Below are positions 25,801-38,606 of a stretch of DNA of 64,000 bases, in pieces. The stretch comes from Chrysomallon squamiferum (Eukaryota > Animalia > Mollusca): NCBI GenBank assembly GCA_012295275.1, contig CM022670.1:29574001-29638000 (forward strand). The letters are read 5' to 3'. The stretch's first letter is position 1. Each line of letters begins with the position of its first letter. The translations under genes and the position numbers were made by a program. A model generated the notes under the pieces. It was given only the letters and a program-made list of their open reading frames with translations. It was not told where the DNA came from and ran no database searches.

Positions 25801-28800
25801 TTCTTTTCTTAACAGATTCATTCAGTGCCATTACTGGCTGTGGCTAAGAGTTGTGAAAATGTAACTTTCTCGTCCAAAAATAATCACATACATGACTTTG
25901 ATGAGTCGACATCTCTGATTCATAACAGTATGTCACAGACAGAAGAAAAAGTCACCAAATTTCCATCAGTTAATGTATTGGTAAGGGTGTCTGTATTATT
26001 TTAATTTTGAGATCTTTTCATTCTTTTTGTTATTGATTTATTTATCTTTTTGATCTTTTTCTTCTTATTTATTTAATTATTTATTTATTTATTCATTCAT
26101 ACATTCATTTCTTTATTTATATATTTTTTTGTTTTGTTTTTAAGAGCTATATAAAGAAAGGAGGTTGATGTTTTCTTTATATTTAAATTGTTTGTTCTTA
26201 TAGTCTTATTAACCATTGCTGAACATTCAGCTGTAATAGTCACAGTTCATTGAATTGTAATAGAATATTAAATACATATTGCTTCATCTTTTCAACTGTC
26301 CAGGAACATGTCTGTGTGTAACATTTTTGTCATTAGAAAGTCACCTTTTAAGTGAGGATATTAAGAAGCTTTTATGAAACAAGTTATTATACTGGAGAAT
26401 CTGTATGACACCCTCCCCCCAAAAACGTTGAAAAAAAAAAATAATTAAACATTTTATTTAAAAAATATATATTTATTACAGAGAAAACCTGTCACTTATT
26501 TGTGGTTTATTCTTGGAATGCCATTCTTGTTAACAGCTCATTTTGTTGTCTGGTTTATCAGCTGGATGTTTGTTGTTACAATACCTATTGCAAAAGTAAG
26601 TAGATTGTCATGTGTTATAATTCTTGAATCTAACATATAGTAAGCACATTATTATGTATTTTGTAAAACTAGGAAATTTATATTATTAATACCCCTGCCA
26701 AAAACATAACAAAAACATAAAATAAAATAAAATAAAATGGAATAAAAATAATAAATAAATAAATTAAAATAAAATAAAATAAATGCCAGCAGATAACTTA
26801 CATGAAATTAAGCATTTTCTCTTACTTTGTTTTTAAATTGATGAAATTAACAATAATAGTGATTTTATTAACACTGCAAGAAAGTTAAAAAGAAAAGAAA
26901 TTATATATATTTTTAAATTGATTTTCTTCTTTTAAATGGCAGAATTGAACAAAAACTTCATTGGTTGTATATATAATGACACATTAAATTCACTCCTGTT
27001 TGTAGATATGTTTATTTTATTTTTAATTTTTTTTTTTTTTTTTTTTGCCAGCTCAATAGCAAGACAATGACAAAGATTTTGTTTTTGTCTCCAGAACAAA
27101 TTGATATTGCTGACTGCAGTGAAATGCCATTAGTAAGTAAATATTAACAAATAGAAAAATATTAGCATTGATAATACATAACTTATTTTTACTTCATTTT
27201 GATAATTTCATGTAATTGTGTTGTATTGTTTAAAATGGGTTTTTTTTTTTCTCTATAAAACTATTATATCTATATCTATTTATCTATCTGTAATTTTTTT
27301 ATGGGTAATTAGATGCATTTTTACAATTAATATGACATTCTTATTTTAAATTACTTGCAACAGAAGACTTAATCCTTAAGAAGGTTAGCACAATCAAACT
27401 ATGTACATTGTTTTCTCTCTAAAACTGTATATTGGAGAAATAATAAACATTCATGATTTAAGTCTTTTTGAGTAATCAGATGCAGTGAAAACTTGTGGTA
27501 TATAATTGTCTGTGTTGGATATTAATAAATAATTTTATAAAATTCACAATACTCCAAGTTATTAAATTATTATGTTTGGCAGATTATAACAATAAAATAA
27601 TGTCATTGTAGAATATTTGAATGCTGCCATTTTACCCCTCAAGAACTGAAGACATGATATCATTGCATACGTGGTGGACTGACTGTTGAATTTTTCTGTT
27701 ATTTTCCAGCAACTGTGTATGTGATGACACAACTACAGAAAAACAGCCTTTTTAAACTTTAGCTTTTTATTGTTATCCTGCATTGTTAATTAAGACTGGG
27801 TGCTTAAAACAACTAAAACATAACTTAAAAGTTATATATATAACATATGTATGAAATGTGGTTCTTTATTTAATCATTAAACATTCATTCATTTGCTATT
27901 TATCATTTTTTTTTTTTTCAGGATTCAAGAATGCTTCATAGTGAGATTATTATGTATACACACCAGTCTTTCAATGTCTACTACTATAAGTACACTGTGG
28001 ATGGAGTCAGTGTTATTCTTGCCAGTATCCTTATTACAGTTTTCTTCTGTAAAATGTGAAAAACAATTACCCTTTAGTTTATTCACAGATATAATAACTG
28101 TGCCGGAAAAATATTAGAAAATGATTAAATATATTTTTGGTTGTTTGGAACAGAGAACATTTTACTATTGTGATTAGTGTAGATTTTTATAAAACACTGT
28201 TGAAATTTAGAACATTATAATAATTCTGATCACTGCAGTTGTAACTGTTTATAAAATCCTGTCGATAGAAATTGGGAATATTTTTAATATTCCAGCTAGG
28301 AAAAGCTTTGATAAAACCTTGTCTATGTTTGAAATGTAACTGTGAAGTGGAGATAACTAACCAAGACTTTTGGTTTATAGTTTCAGAACAATAGCTTACA
28401 TAAAGGTTTATTAACTTATAAAGATAAACCTGTGATGTAGTTTTCTTAATCTGTATCAGACTTGCTGGTATTTGTTGTGCTTGCCCTTGTGTTGGATTAT
28501 ACAGATGAGGATAACAAAATGATTGGTGGAGCTGCTGTATGTAAATAAGTAAATTTGTCATCATCTTGTAATAATGACAACAATGGTCATCACTTATAAA
28601 GATTGTTGTCATAATTATTTTATAGTTATCATGATGATCATCATCTTTATTATTGTTTTCTTTGTTGTTTTTGTAATTATTATTCTTATTATTTCACAAT
28701 ATATACTTTTTTCTTTGAATTAAAGTTTGTGAATAAAATAATTTAAAAAATATATTTAGAAAAAGGAAATGAAGAATTGAAAGCAAGCCAAATGTCTACC

Positions 28801-29347
28801 AAAAATAACTTGATGCTCTACTAATTTGAGGTTTATTTTTCAGAAATGTATCCTAGCAGCACTGGCCATTGTTCCACTAACATATTACATTGGAATGTCA
28901 ATAACAAGGTGAAATATATGTGTGCTTTACTTCAAAGAACAAAATAAAAACCAAATATTTATTTATTTATTTATTTTTTGTTTGTTTGTTTGTTAATTTA
29001 TTCATTCTCCTTAAAGAGTGAAATAAGGGGTCCACAGAGTTTTGCTTCAACATCATTGTCATTATAAATCTGAAAGCCATATTTGCATTATTGTTGTTAG
29101 TACTTAAAATTTGACATAATTATTAATCAGAAGGTAATATAATCTTGATTATAGATTTGAATTGACATTTTATAACAGGATTATGTTTAGTTAGAAGAAT
29201 CAAAAATCTAAACAGAATAAATATCTAGAATGTGTGAAAGGTCACTGGATTAATCCCTCTTGATGGCCCTTGAACTGTATTGAAAATTCATGTACATTTT
29301 ATTTCACATATTCTAAATATTTATTATTGTTTTTGCTATTATTATTA

Positions 29348-29394
<47 letters not shown>

Positions 29395-32300
29395 TATTAT
29401 TACAATTACTGTTATTATGATCATTAATGTTGTTTTCGGTATTACTATGTTTTATATTTATATATTTATAAAATTAATATTATGTAATCAGGAAACAGCT
29501 ATTACTTACTCTAATTTATTTATGTCATTCTAGTATATCAGCACAAAGCAGTTTTGCTATTGGTGCAATACTGAATGCTACATTTGGATCAATAGTAGAA
29601 ATTATTCTTTATGTTATTGTTCTGAAGAAAAACAAAGATACAGGAAAGGACTGCTACCAGGAATTTGTCAAATCTTCATTAGCCGGTAAAAGTATTTTTT
29701 CTATTTCATATAAGTTTTAAAATGTACTGTTGTTATAGTGGGGTTTTTTTTGTTGTTTTTTTTCTTAATTTATTCATTTTATATATATACACTCATAATT
29801 ATTATAAATATATGTTAATGATGTACATTACACAACTGTCAGAATGGAAAGTTTTATGTCCTATAGTAAGAAAAAAAAATCTATATCACACATTTCTCTT
29901 TATTTCATTTTGTCATAAATAAAGCTGTGACTAGTGGAATTGTTATTTTGTTTTTGCTGGTGTTTTTTTCATTGTTTTTGATTTAAAAAACATGTTAATA
30001 GAGTCCCATATAATGTTTGTTTTCACTGATTACATTTATCATTGTGGTACAATATAAAAATTATTATTATTGGTTCAACTTCAAAAATCTCATTGTTAGA
30101 TTTTTCTTTTTATGTCACTTTAAAATATATAAAAATTGTTCATTATTCTGAATAGGTACAATTCTCGTCAGCATTTTACTGATTCCTGTGAGTATGATTA
30201 TTATTATTATTATTATTATTATTATCTGTTACTAAGTTAATGTTAATGCTGCTTTTATTCTTATTATTATAACCAACTTCATCATCATTATTAAAATAAA
30301 TGTATTTTGTTTTTTTTAATGTTAAAAAATAAGAAGATATATACTTTCTGTTATTGGATTAAACATTCAGATATCTACCTACCTACCTACCTACCTATGT
30401 ACACTCTATCTATCCATCTTTCATTATCTGTCAATCTATCTATCTATCTATCTATCTATGTGTTTGTTTATCTATATTTGACTGTCTGGATGGGGATAAT
30501 GTTTTGCCAGTCAATCTCAGATCAGTTTGTAATTAATGAAAATGTAAATTTTCCTTTTAATATTATATGAATATTAATTAGCATTCTGGAGTGGACATAT
30601 CTCAGAGGTAAATTTTGTGTTGAAGGTGCTAAAGGTCATTGTATTAATCCCTCTTGATGGCCCTTGAACTGTTTCCCATTTCAGTCTTGCTTCATAACTG
30701 CTATATCAATGTCATATTATGTATCATCCTGTCTATGTGATTGTGCAATTGAAATACCCCTTGCTGTTAATCAGAAAGGGTAAGCTATAAAGTGGTGGGA
30801 TAGGTTTCTTGTCTTGTTATCTGAGTGTCTTAGCTAAATGATCACTGCTATATAATCATAAACTAAATATTTCCTTTCTTTAATTTTCAGGGAGTGTGCA
30901 TGGTAGTTGGAGGAATTAAACACAGAACACAAAATTTTAACCCTCGATCGGCTAGTATTAGTGCTGCACTCTTGTTTGTTTCTATTGCTGGTCAGTAACT
31001 TCTGTTTCAAATTCATTTTATACGAAACCACACGAAACTTTTTTGTTCTTGACAGAATTTTTTTTTTCAATAGTTGTTATAATTCAGAATTTGAAATATG
31101 TTTAAATGTAAAATAGCTATGGAAATCTTTACTCAGTTGCAAACAGAACCATGCACATACATATACTTTTATTTCTATTTAGTATTTATTTATTTTTTTA
31201 TTTTTTTATTATTATTTTTTTTAAATAAATCATTCTCACAATAAAGAATTTTAACGAAAACATGTTTTAGGTGTCTTTGCACCCACCATGTTTTCTAAGA
31301 TTTATGGAACACTGCAGTGTGAACACTGTGAGAAGTACAACTCGACAGCTGAAGTGAATGATAATGTCAGTAATGTCACAGGCTTCCAGTGTTCATCTTG
31401 TCAGCAGTCAGTGGTTAGTAGATTTTGTTCAAGAAAAAAAAAAAAGATAAATAACAATTATGATAGTAATAATAAATATATAAATATATAAATAAATAAA
31501 TAAAAACATCTACCCATTCAGCTATCAACTTTAGTTACAGGGTCATTGTGGTCATAACAATGCTACTGTGGCAGTTTCTGTTTTAATTTCCAGTTCGGTT
31601 TAGATGGGGACACAAGTCTATACACCAAGCATGTTGAACCACTCGTGTATTCCTGTGCAGTGATTTTACCTCTGGCCTACATCACAGGTCTTGTTTTCAC
31701 ACTGAAAACTCACTCTGCCCATGTTTATGCAGCTTTTGAAGAGCAACAGAAAGCACAGAATTCAAGTGGTATGAATCTATAGATCATTTAACATAGACTG
31801 ATAGACAAACAGATAGGTAAATATAGAGAGACATATATAGGTAATAGATACAAAGACAGACAGATGTAGATAAATAGATAGATAGGTTGATTGGTTTGTT
31901 GATAGACTGATAGATAAATGTACTTCCAGTGCCTCTAACTATCTGAGTGCTGAACAGTTCTGTTATTTTTACACTATGGGAGTGGTAGTACCAGTAAAAG
32001 CTCTAATAAAATTCTTTAAAGTTATTATTTTACTGTTTTTGGGAGACCTATTATTGTTCATGACAAAGTGTGACAATAAAGGAAAACCTTTGAATACATG
32101 GAAATTAGGTAGCTCTACTTTATCTAACAGATTTATAAGAAATTTAGAGCAAATTGATCTACACTGTAAATGAAGATGCCAAGATACGTAGGAACTGTAT
32201 TCTTTTCTTGTTAAATGTTCTTACTAATTAGCAAAAAAGAAAAACTTGATTTGGAAATAGGCTGAATACATTTTTTCATAAAGGTAACCCTATAAGATAC

Positions 32301-35300
32301 TTTATGATATAATTGCACCTAACAGAGTGATATCAAATTAGTAGATTAAATAAATGAAAATTATTGTCAAATTTACATTTATTAACATTTTATTTAATAT
32401 ATAATAGTCAAGTTAAAGGCTTCATTAGGTGTCATTGTGTTTTGTTCTTATATTTAACTTTACTGTTATGTACTTTTAAATTAAATATCTTTCTATGTCT
32501 ATTTTTTTCTTTTTACAGGATTGAGTCATGGTGCTCCACAGTGGTCTCGTATAAAGAGTACCTTAATTTTACTTTTCTGTGCTGTGTTGATAGCCCTGAG
32601 TTCTGATATTATTACCAACAACATTGAACCACTGGTGGAGACTTCAGGAGTGTCGGAGGTTTGAAATATTATCAAATGTATTTGTTTATTTGGTTTATAA
32701 TCAAATAATATATTTTTAAAATATCAAAATATCTAAAAACAAAATAAAGATGTACAAGATATATTTTTTATATTTTCAGTAATAAAAAAAATTAAATAAA
32801 ATATGATTATAATCTAGTAATATACTCAGAAAATATAAAAACAAATAAAAATGAAATAGCAGGTGTATAAAACCATCTTTTTAAATTTTAAAATAATCCA
32901 AAAAAAAAAGAGAAAAAGCAAACTATCAGGATTATCTGAGGTTTGTAACATTTAAATATATTTGTTTAATTGTTTTATAATTAAATAATATTCTCAAAAT
33001 AGAACTATTGATCCCCAAACAAAAACAAGAATACAAATATTTAACAGGTTTACTTAAATACAGATTATTTTAGTAATGGTATAACTTAAGTTTTCAAGTA
33101 CATTAGCATAATTTTTTAAACAGAATTACACTCATGCAGTGTTAATGTTTCATTTTTACTTTTATTTTTTTTTTTTTATTATTATCTTTTGTAATTCTTA
33201 TTTTCTACATGCAGCTATTTATTGGGGTGACTATGCTGTCTGTGATCCCTGAGTTACCAGAAGTTGTGAATGGAATACAATTTGCTCTACAAAACAATGT
33301 TAATCTAGGGTATGTAAAATAAATATAAAATAAATAAAAATAAAAAAAATTATAAAATAAAATAAAATAACAGGAGTTAAAGCTGTAAGACAAGTATATA
33401 TTGGTAAGAAATAATAGTTTTACGAAAATAATTTTTTATGCTTAATACCTGAAATGAATCGCAATAATAATTGTTTTAAAATCAAAATAATAATATTGCT
33501 ATTAATTAATCATTGTTGATATATTAAGCATCATTACATTTACATAATTCTGAATGAAACATATTCATAATACCAAACTGCATGTAAAGAGAAATGTCAC
33601 ATTTTATTAAAAGATTAAGATTAAAAAATAAATATTTATGACATAGGTTGAATCAAAAATATAAAACTGCTTTTCTTTCAGTATTGAAATTGGCAGTTCA
33701 ACAGCAATACAAGTGTGCCTTGTGCAGATTCCTCTTCTCATTCTTATTAACCTTATATACGTATGTATCCTTTCTTGATGAATTGATCATTAACAACATC
33801 TCCCTGCATTTTATTGTAAATGGTTATTTTGCATAAAACTGTTATTACTATGGTTCAGTGCCATGAATGAAGAAAACTGCTCCTTTTTCTACACAGGTCT
33901 ATGCTTTTTACAAATCAATAGAAATTCTTACTTGTACCTTCCTATAGAGGGGTGCAAAAGTAGGTATACAGTAGTATCACATCAGTAAATTTAGTAGCAC
34001 ATTAAATTAGTTGGACTCATTTTTCATATTTTAGGTGTCATTAACCATATTTTATTTAAATTAATAAAAATGCATTTTTTGTTTGAATAATAAATGCCAT
34101 GAGTACTGTAAGTGTTTTCTTTTTTCATAACTGTGTACCTGCTTTTGCACCCACCTGTATATAAAATGATGATGATGATGATGACAACAGTAATAACGTG
34201 GTGTATCAAACTTTTGGAAGTTTTATTTCAAATTAGGTTAATTATAAGTAGTAAAAAGAAATTTTTATTCAGAGTGAAATAATAGTTAAGTAAATACACG
34301 TGTGTTCTATGCAATTTGTCAGATTATGCTGCACATTTAGTAAAATGCGTAAGGCAAATCAGTTAACACTTATGCTTATCCCAATATTAAATTGCACCAA
34401 TACTAGGCCTAAACAATCAATTTTCAGTATTATACAAGACCCATACTTATCCATATCATATTGGTTCTATCATGTTCGCATTGTTGATATTGAATATAGG
34501 AAGGGAAAAACTCTTAGTTATTTTAAATATATACTTTTGTTCATAATCAGACTATCATAAAAAGTGTGGCCTAAGGTACTTTGGCCTATCAAATATATGT
34601 TTAAAATCAAGGAGGTACACTGATATAAACTAAAAACAGACAAAATGAATTTAGAAAAAAATAAAATATATTAATCACTAAATTTAATACTAGTGACAAG
34701 TTTTAGATTCACACTAGTCTAAACCCTTTCAAAACTGGGAGCAAAGTGTGTTTGTAGCTATTCCCATGGCTTATGGTTATGTGTAGGTCCTTTGTGGTAC
34801 ATGCCAAATCCATATCATAAGAGGGCACAAGATCTCAAGATTGTAACTGAGCACAAATCACTAGAACATGCATACTGTTACAAATATTTTAATATATTAA
34901 GAAAAATCAGGATTGTTTTTAATTATTGGGATGGTTTAATTATTCTAGACCAGCTAAGATTATCCAATTTTTTTTTTTAATATATTGTTATCATTAGACA
35001 CATTTTATTATCCAGCTTTTAGCTAAACTTATTTCTTTCTTTTTCTCACAGCCAATGGGGTTGATTATGGTTTATCAGGATGTACACTTGTGGGCTGTTA
35101 TCTTCTCAGTCATAGTTATCAACTACATCTTCCAGGATGGCAAAAGTGATTATTTTCAAGGTAGATATTTACATTAGTTAACTTGTATTGTCACATTGTT
35201 TATTTGCTTCCAGGTAGGTTATTGATTTATTTGCTTTGACATATGAATCTTAGTTACAAACAACATACTGTTTGTTCTTGGAATACAAATTTGGGAATTG

Positions 35301-35522
35301 TTGCCTTTATGCATTACTGTAAAAAAAAAATTGTAATCCTATTTCAAGCAATATATATATTGTTGTGTGTTTGTCTGTGAGAAAGAGATGCTTTTTTTAT
35401 TTTTATATTTAAATCTTTTAATATTGGTTATTTTATTAACAGGTTTTATTGTTGTGCTGATCTACTTGGTTCTCATGGTGATGTATTTCTTCACTCTCAC
35501 CCCTCCACAAGCTGTCTGCTGA
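22823..35522 (+). CDS. cax1: Type II CAX / VNX1-like cation (Ca2+ or Na+/K+)/H+ exchanger with YccF (DUF307)-type N-terminal region, 748 aa, 20 coding exons
   Basis: Exons 22823-23071, 23884-23992, 24551-24667, 25070-25131, 25816-25980, 26482-26595, 27052-27132, 27922-28024, 28460-28536, 28844-28908, 29534-29685, 30156-30187, 30891-30990, 31271-31413, 31594-31768, 32519-32658, 33215-33309, 33682-33760, 35052-35160 and 35443-35522 join in frame (2247 nt). Motifs: NNYLFGFKKWKSHVT, YFLWPFG, YYYKYTVDG, ISAQSSFAIGAILNATFGSIVE (alpha-1), FTLKTH, PELPEVVNGIQFALQNN (alpha-2), DGKSDYFQG. A probable non-coding first exon ends at 21949. Confidence 0.92.
26579..29139. repeat. Right (genic) arm of the 2.55-kb inverted repeat
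   Basis: Near-identical reverse complement of 19207-21758. The mirrored track ORFs 19723-20148(+)/28187-28612(-) and 20218-20445(-)/27893-28117(+) show the same relationship. Confidence 0.95.
28025..28459 (+). other. U12-type (minor spliceosome) GT-AG intron in CAX
   Basis: Donor |GTATCCTT. Branch-like TTTTCTTAAT lies 9 nt before the exon with no polypyrimidine tract. The frame restores the conserved N (ILA-N-LL). Confidence 0.85.
30590..30835 (+). mobile_element. Degenerate tRNA-head SINE with a Nin-like core
   Basis: Head GGACATATCTCAGAGGTAAA...TTAATCCCTCTTGATGGCCC and core ATCCTGTCTATGTGATTGTGCA..CCCTTGCTGTTAATC..AAGTGG resemble recalled gastropod Nin-SINEs. A second fragment sits at 29231-29278. 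Confidence 0.55.
33945..34157 (-). mobile_element. Tc1/mariner-type MITE, copy 2 (opposite orientation)
   Basis: TA|TAGAGGGGTGCAAAAGTAGGTAT ... GTACCTGCTTTTGCACCCACCTG|TA. The interior is the reverse complement of copy 1. Confidence 0.75.
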
Positions 35523-38500
35523 TCCTGTCAATCATATTCAAATACACTGAATTAATGTTTAGCACAATTCCACAAATTTACTACGTTAAACATTTAAATA
35601 AAATAAAATTCAGTTTTTATGTTTAATACTTTTCCAGGTATCATCAAATAAAATTTGTACTTGTATTTATGGTTAGTACAGTCCATTAATATATTAAAAA
35701 TGTTAAACATTTTAAATGATGTAATTTGCATTTCATTACCTGTCAATAATTATTGATTAAATTTTGTTTATGATTTTATATTGTATTTATAAACCTAATT
35801 TTATTATTAAATCTGAAAGTTCTCATAATTTAAAAAAAAAAATTATAAATAAAAAATATTCATACTATGTTAAGTACCTTTATTTGTCTATCAAACATTT
35901 AAACTATGCATATTAAGAAGTTTTGAATTTTTTGTTTTATTGTTTTTAATGTTAAATTTTCTTATTTAGCTGTCCTCATTGTATAAACGAATATTTTAAT
36001 TTATATTTCTGTACATGTTGCAGTGTGTTAATCTGTATTATATGTTGAAATTGAGTAAATTGTTGTTTTAAGTTATTTGAGATGAAGATCAGTAATTTTA
36101 CAATTTAGCTGCCATATGAATGGTCAGTGACTATCTTAATGGCGATTTGGTCGTGATTAATTTGTATTCACAGACCGTTACATAAATGTTCATGGCTTGT
36201 GAAATCAAACAAGTATTGCTCAAGAGATTTTCTGTGGTTTATTTTTTTGACACTGGAAACTGATCACAGGTCATTTTTGGATTGTCACATTAACCAGTTT
36301 TTTCTTTTTAATCACCACTGTATTGGCTTGCATTTGCATGTTTTATTTATATCAAGTTTTAAATAAAGTAAATTTTGTTTGTTTGCATGTTTGCTTTCAG
36401 CTTCAGAAATGCACATAAAACCAAAATTGGTGTTAAAAGTCATTTGTTGATAAAATAAGTATTTAAAAAAGCATGCTTTTCTAAAACTACTTCTTATTTA
36501 CATCCCAGGATGAAAAATAACTACAGGAATGTTAGTGATATGAGACAGGGAGAGACTTTTTTTTTTTTTGCAAGCCAAAAATGACCATTTATATTTTGTT
36601 CAAAAGAACTAAACATAACTAACAATGAACAAACTTCCCTGCAATCCTTTTTTTATTTAATTTTCTGAAAAACCAAAACAAAAAAAACCACAACAAAAAA
36701 AAACCCACTTGAAATTAACAAGTTTACAGTCACTGAAATTTACTGTTTGCTGCTAGTTCACATATATATATATATACTACTATTTTAAAATATTATGGCT
36801 TTTGTTTTTTGTTTTTGACATATTGCTACTTCCTCCCTTGAGTCAAAAAACAGGAAAGAAAGAAAAGAAAAGTTTGTTTAGCATGATCATAATTTTTTTG
36901 AAAGAAAAATGGTTTGATTTAAGAAGCTTAGATATTTTTAATGACTTTAATCAACAGGTAACAAAGAAAAAAACACACAGCAAAATGTTCATATACTGAC
37001 ATGGAGAAGATCTTAACAGTAAGATTGTTTTAAACAGCTGTGTATGCGATACACTGTTAGAAGAATATAAACACAGTGGTTATTTATTTTGGAAAATGTC
37101 TGTTTGTTGTGCCATAAGAAAAAATTGAAATAATACTTGTTTTAAATATTTATTTATTTTTTATTATTTTATATTTTTCATGTTTCTAATAATAAAAATA
37201 AAAATAATATAATATTATGAAGTTGTCTCTTTTATTACATACATTGACACTTCTGTTTGATCCCATTCATGTTTAAGATTTTGTTTCTTGATGTACATTT
37301 CATAGAGAAATAAATACTTCATACCTCCACTGGGCATAAATAACAGACAATATTACTTTAGTATCCAACAACTTTAGATGTAATATAGTATTTTAAGATG
37401 GATGGCACACAAAACATAATAGCTGCATTACCTGACATAACTTTAACCCTAACAACGGTTCCACATAAACACACTCATATATATATATGCAAACATATAA
37501 CACAGATATAAATGTACATACATGCATGCACTTACAGTTTTGAAGTACAGTTACGTATTTTTGTTTATACAGTAAAATGAGTAATTTAGCACTAATCTAA
37601 ACAGGTGTAATATAATAATAAAAATATTAAAGATGAAACATAAAAGTATACACTGTAAAAATGATGCATATTCAACACTCTAGTAATTTATTTATGTTTA
37701 TATTTACACTGGAATGAGAAGAAAATTCTAAGGGCTTCAATTCACAATTCTTACAAATTTTTATGGCAAAATGTTTCTGACATCTGTATAAAACAAACTA
37801 AAAGATGTGATTGAAACATACTGATCTGATGGTGGGGTAGTAAAAAGAAAAATTCAAAATAGCAGTGTTTGTTGAAATTATTTATTTCTACTCAGAAGAT
37901 GTGATTCAGCAAGAAAATGTTTTTTTTTAAATGTATATATATAGTAGGTTTATATTGCATCAAAAAATATTAAGTTACATAACATATATTTACTTGTCGA
38001 TAAATTATTTTGTTATATTACTTTGATCAAGAGCAAAAGTGTCAATTTGCAAAACAACATGAATATCATTTCTGGACAAGAAAAGAAAATTGAATTATAA
38101 TGAATCAGTTTTTAAAGAATACCAATTAGATTCATTTTATTGAATATACAGAGTTAGTCCTTTTGTCCAAACAGTGTATATAAATCATTAAATATAAAAC
38201 CAACAAAAATTATCGTTACAGTTGTTACAGAAGTTGAAGTGGTAGAAGTAGAAGTTACAGCAGTAGTATTAATCACAGTAATAATATAGTAAAAGTAGTG
38301 CTAATAGAATGTTGTTAGTGGTAATGGTGATAATAGTATTTGTTGTAATAATAACAGTAGTAAAAACAGTAGTTGCAGATGAAGTTTTAAAAATATTGAA
38401 TACTTTATGCATTTCAGTTTCTAAGTTAATTGTCTACTTATCAGCCTCATTAACTGAGTTCATAGATAAAGTTTATAGATAAAGTATATGACAATATATT

Positions 38501-38574
38501 AATACAAACATGATTACTTGAACCAAGTTTTATGACATGCTAGAAAGACAATGAGAAGAAAGGAATGTGCTTTT

Positions 38575-38606
<32 letters not shown>

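Noticed and set aside
27710-27716. Micro-exon CAG|CAACTGT|GTATGT in CAX
   Set aside because: Seven nt would shift the frame, and exons 7 and 8 already join in phase 0.
19207-29139. Giant DNA transposon with 2.5-kb TIRs
   Set aside because: The arms are host CAX exons and introns, and no TSD or transposase is visible.
33761-33773. Second U12 donor GTATCCTTT at 33765
   Set aside because: The frame requires the U2 donor GTATGT at 33761, and the downstream acceptor has a normal pyrimidine tract.
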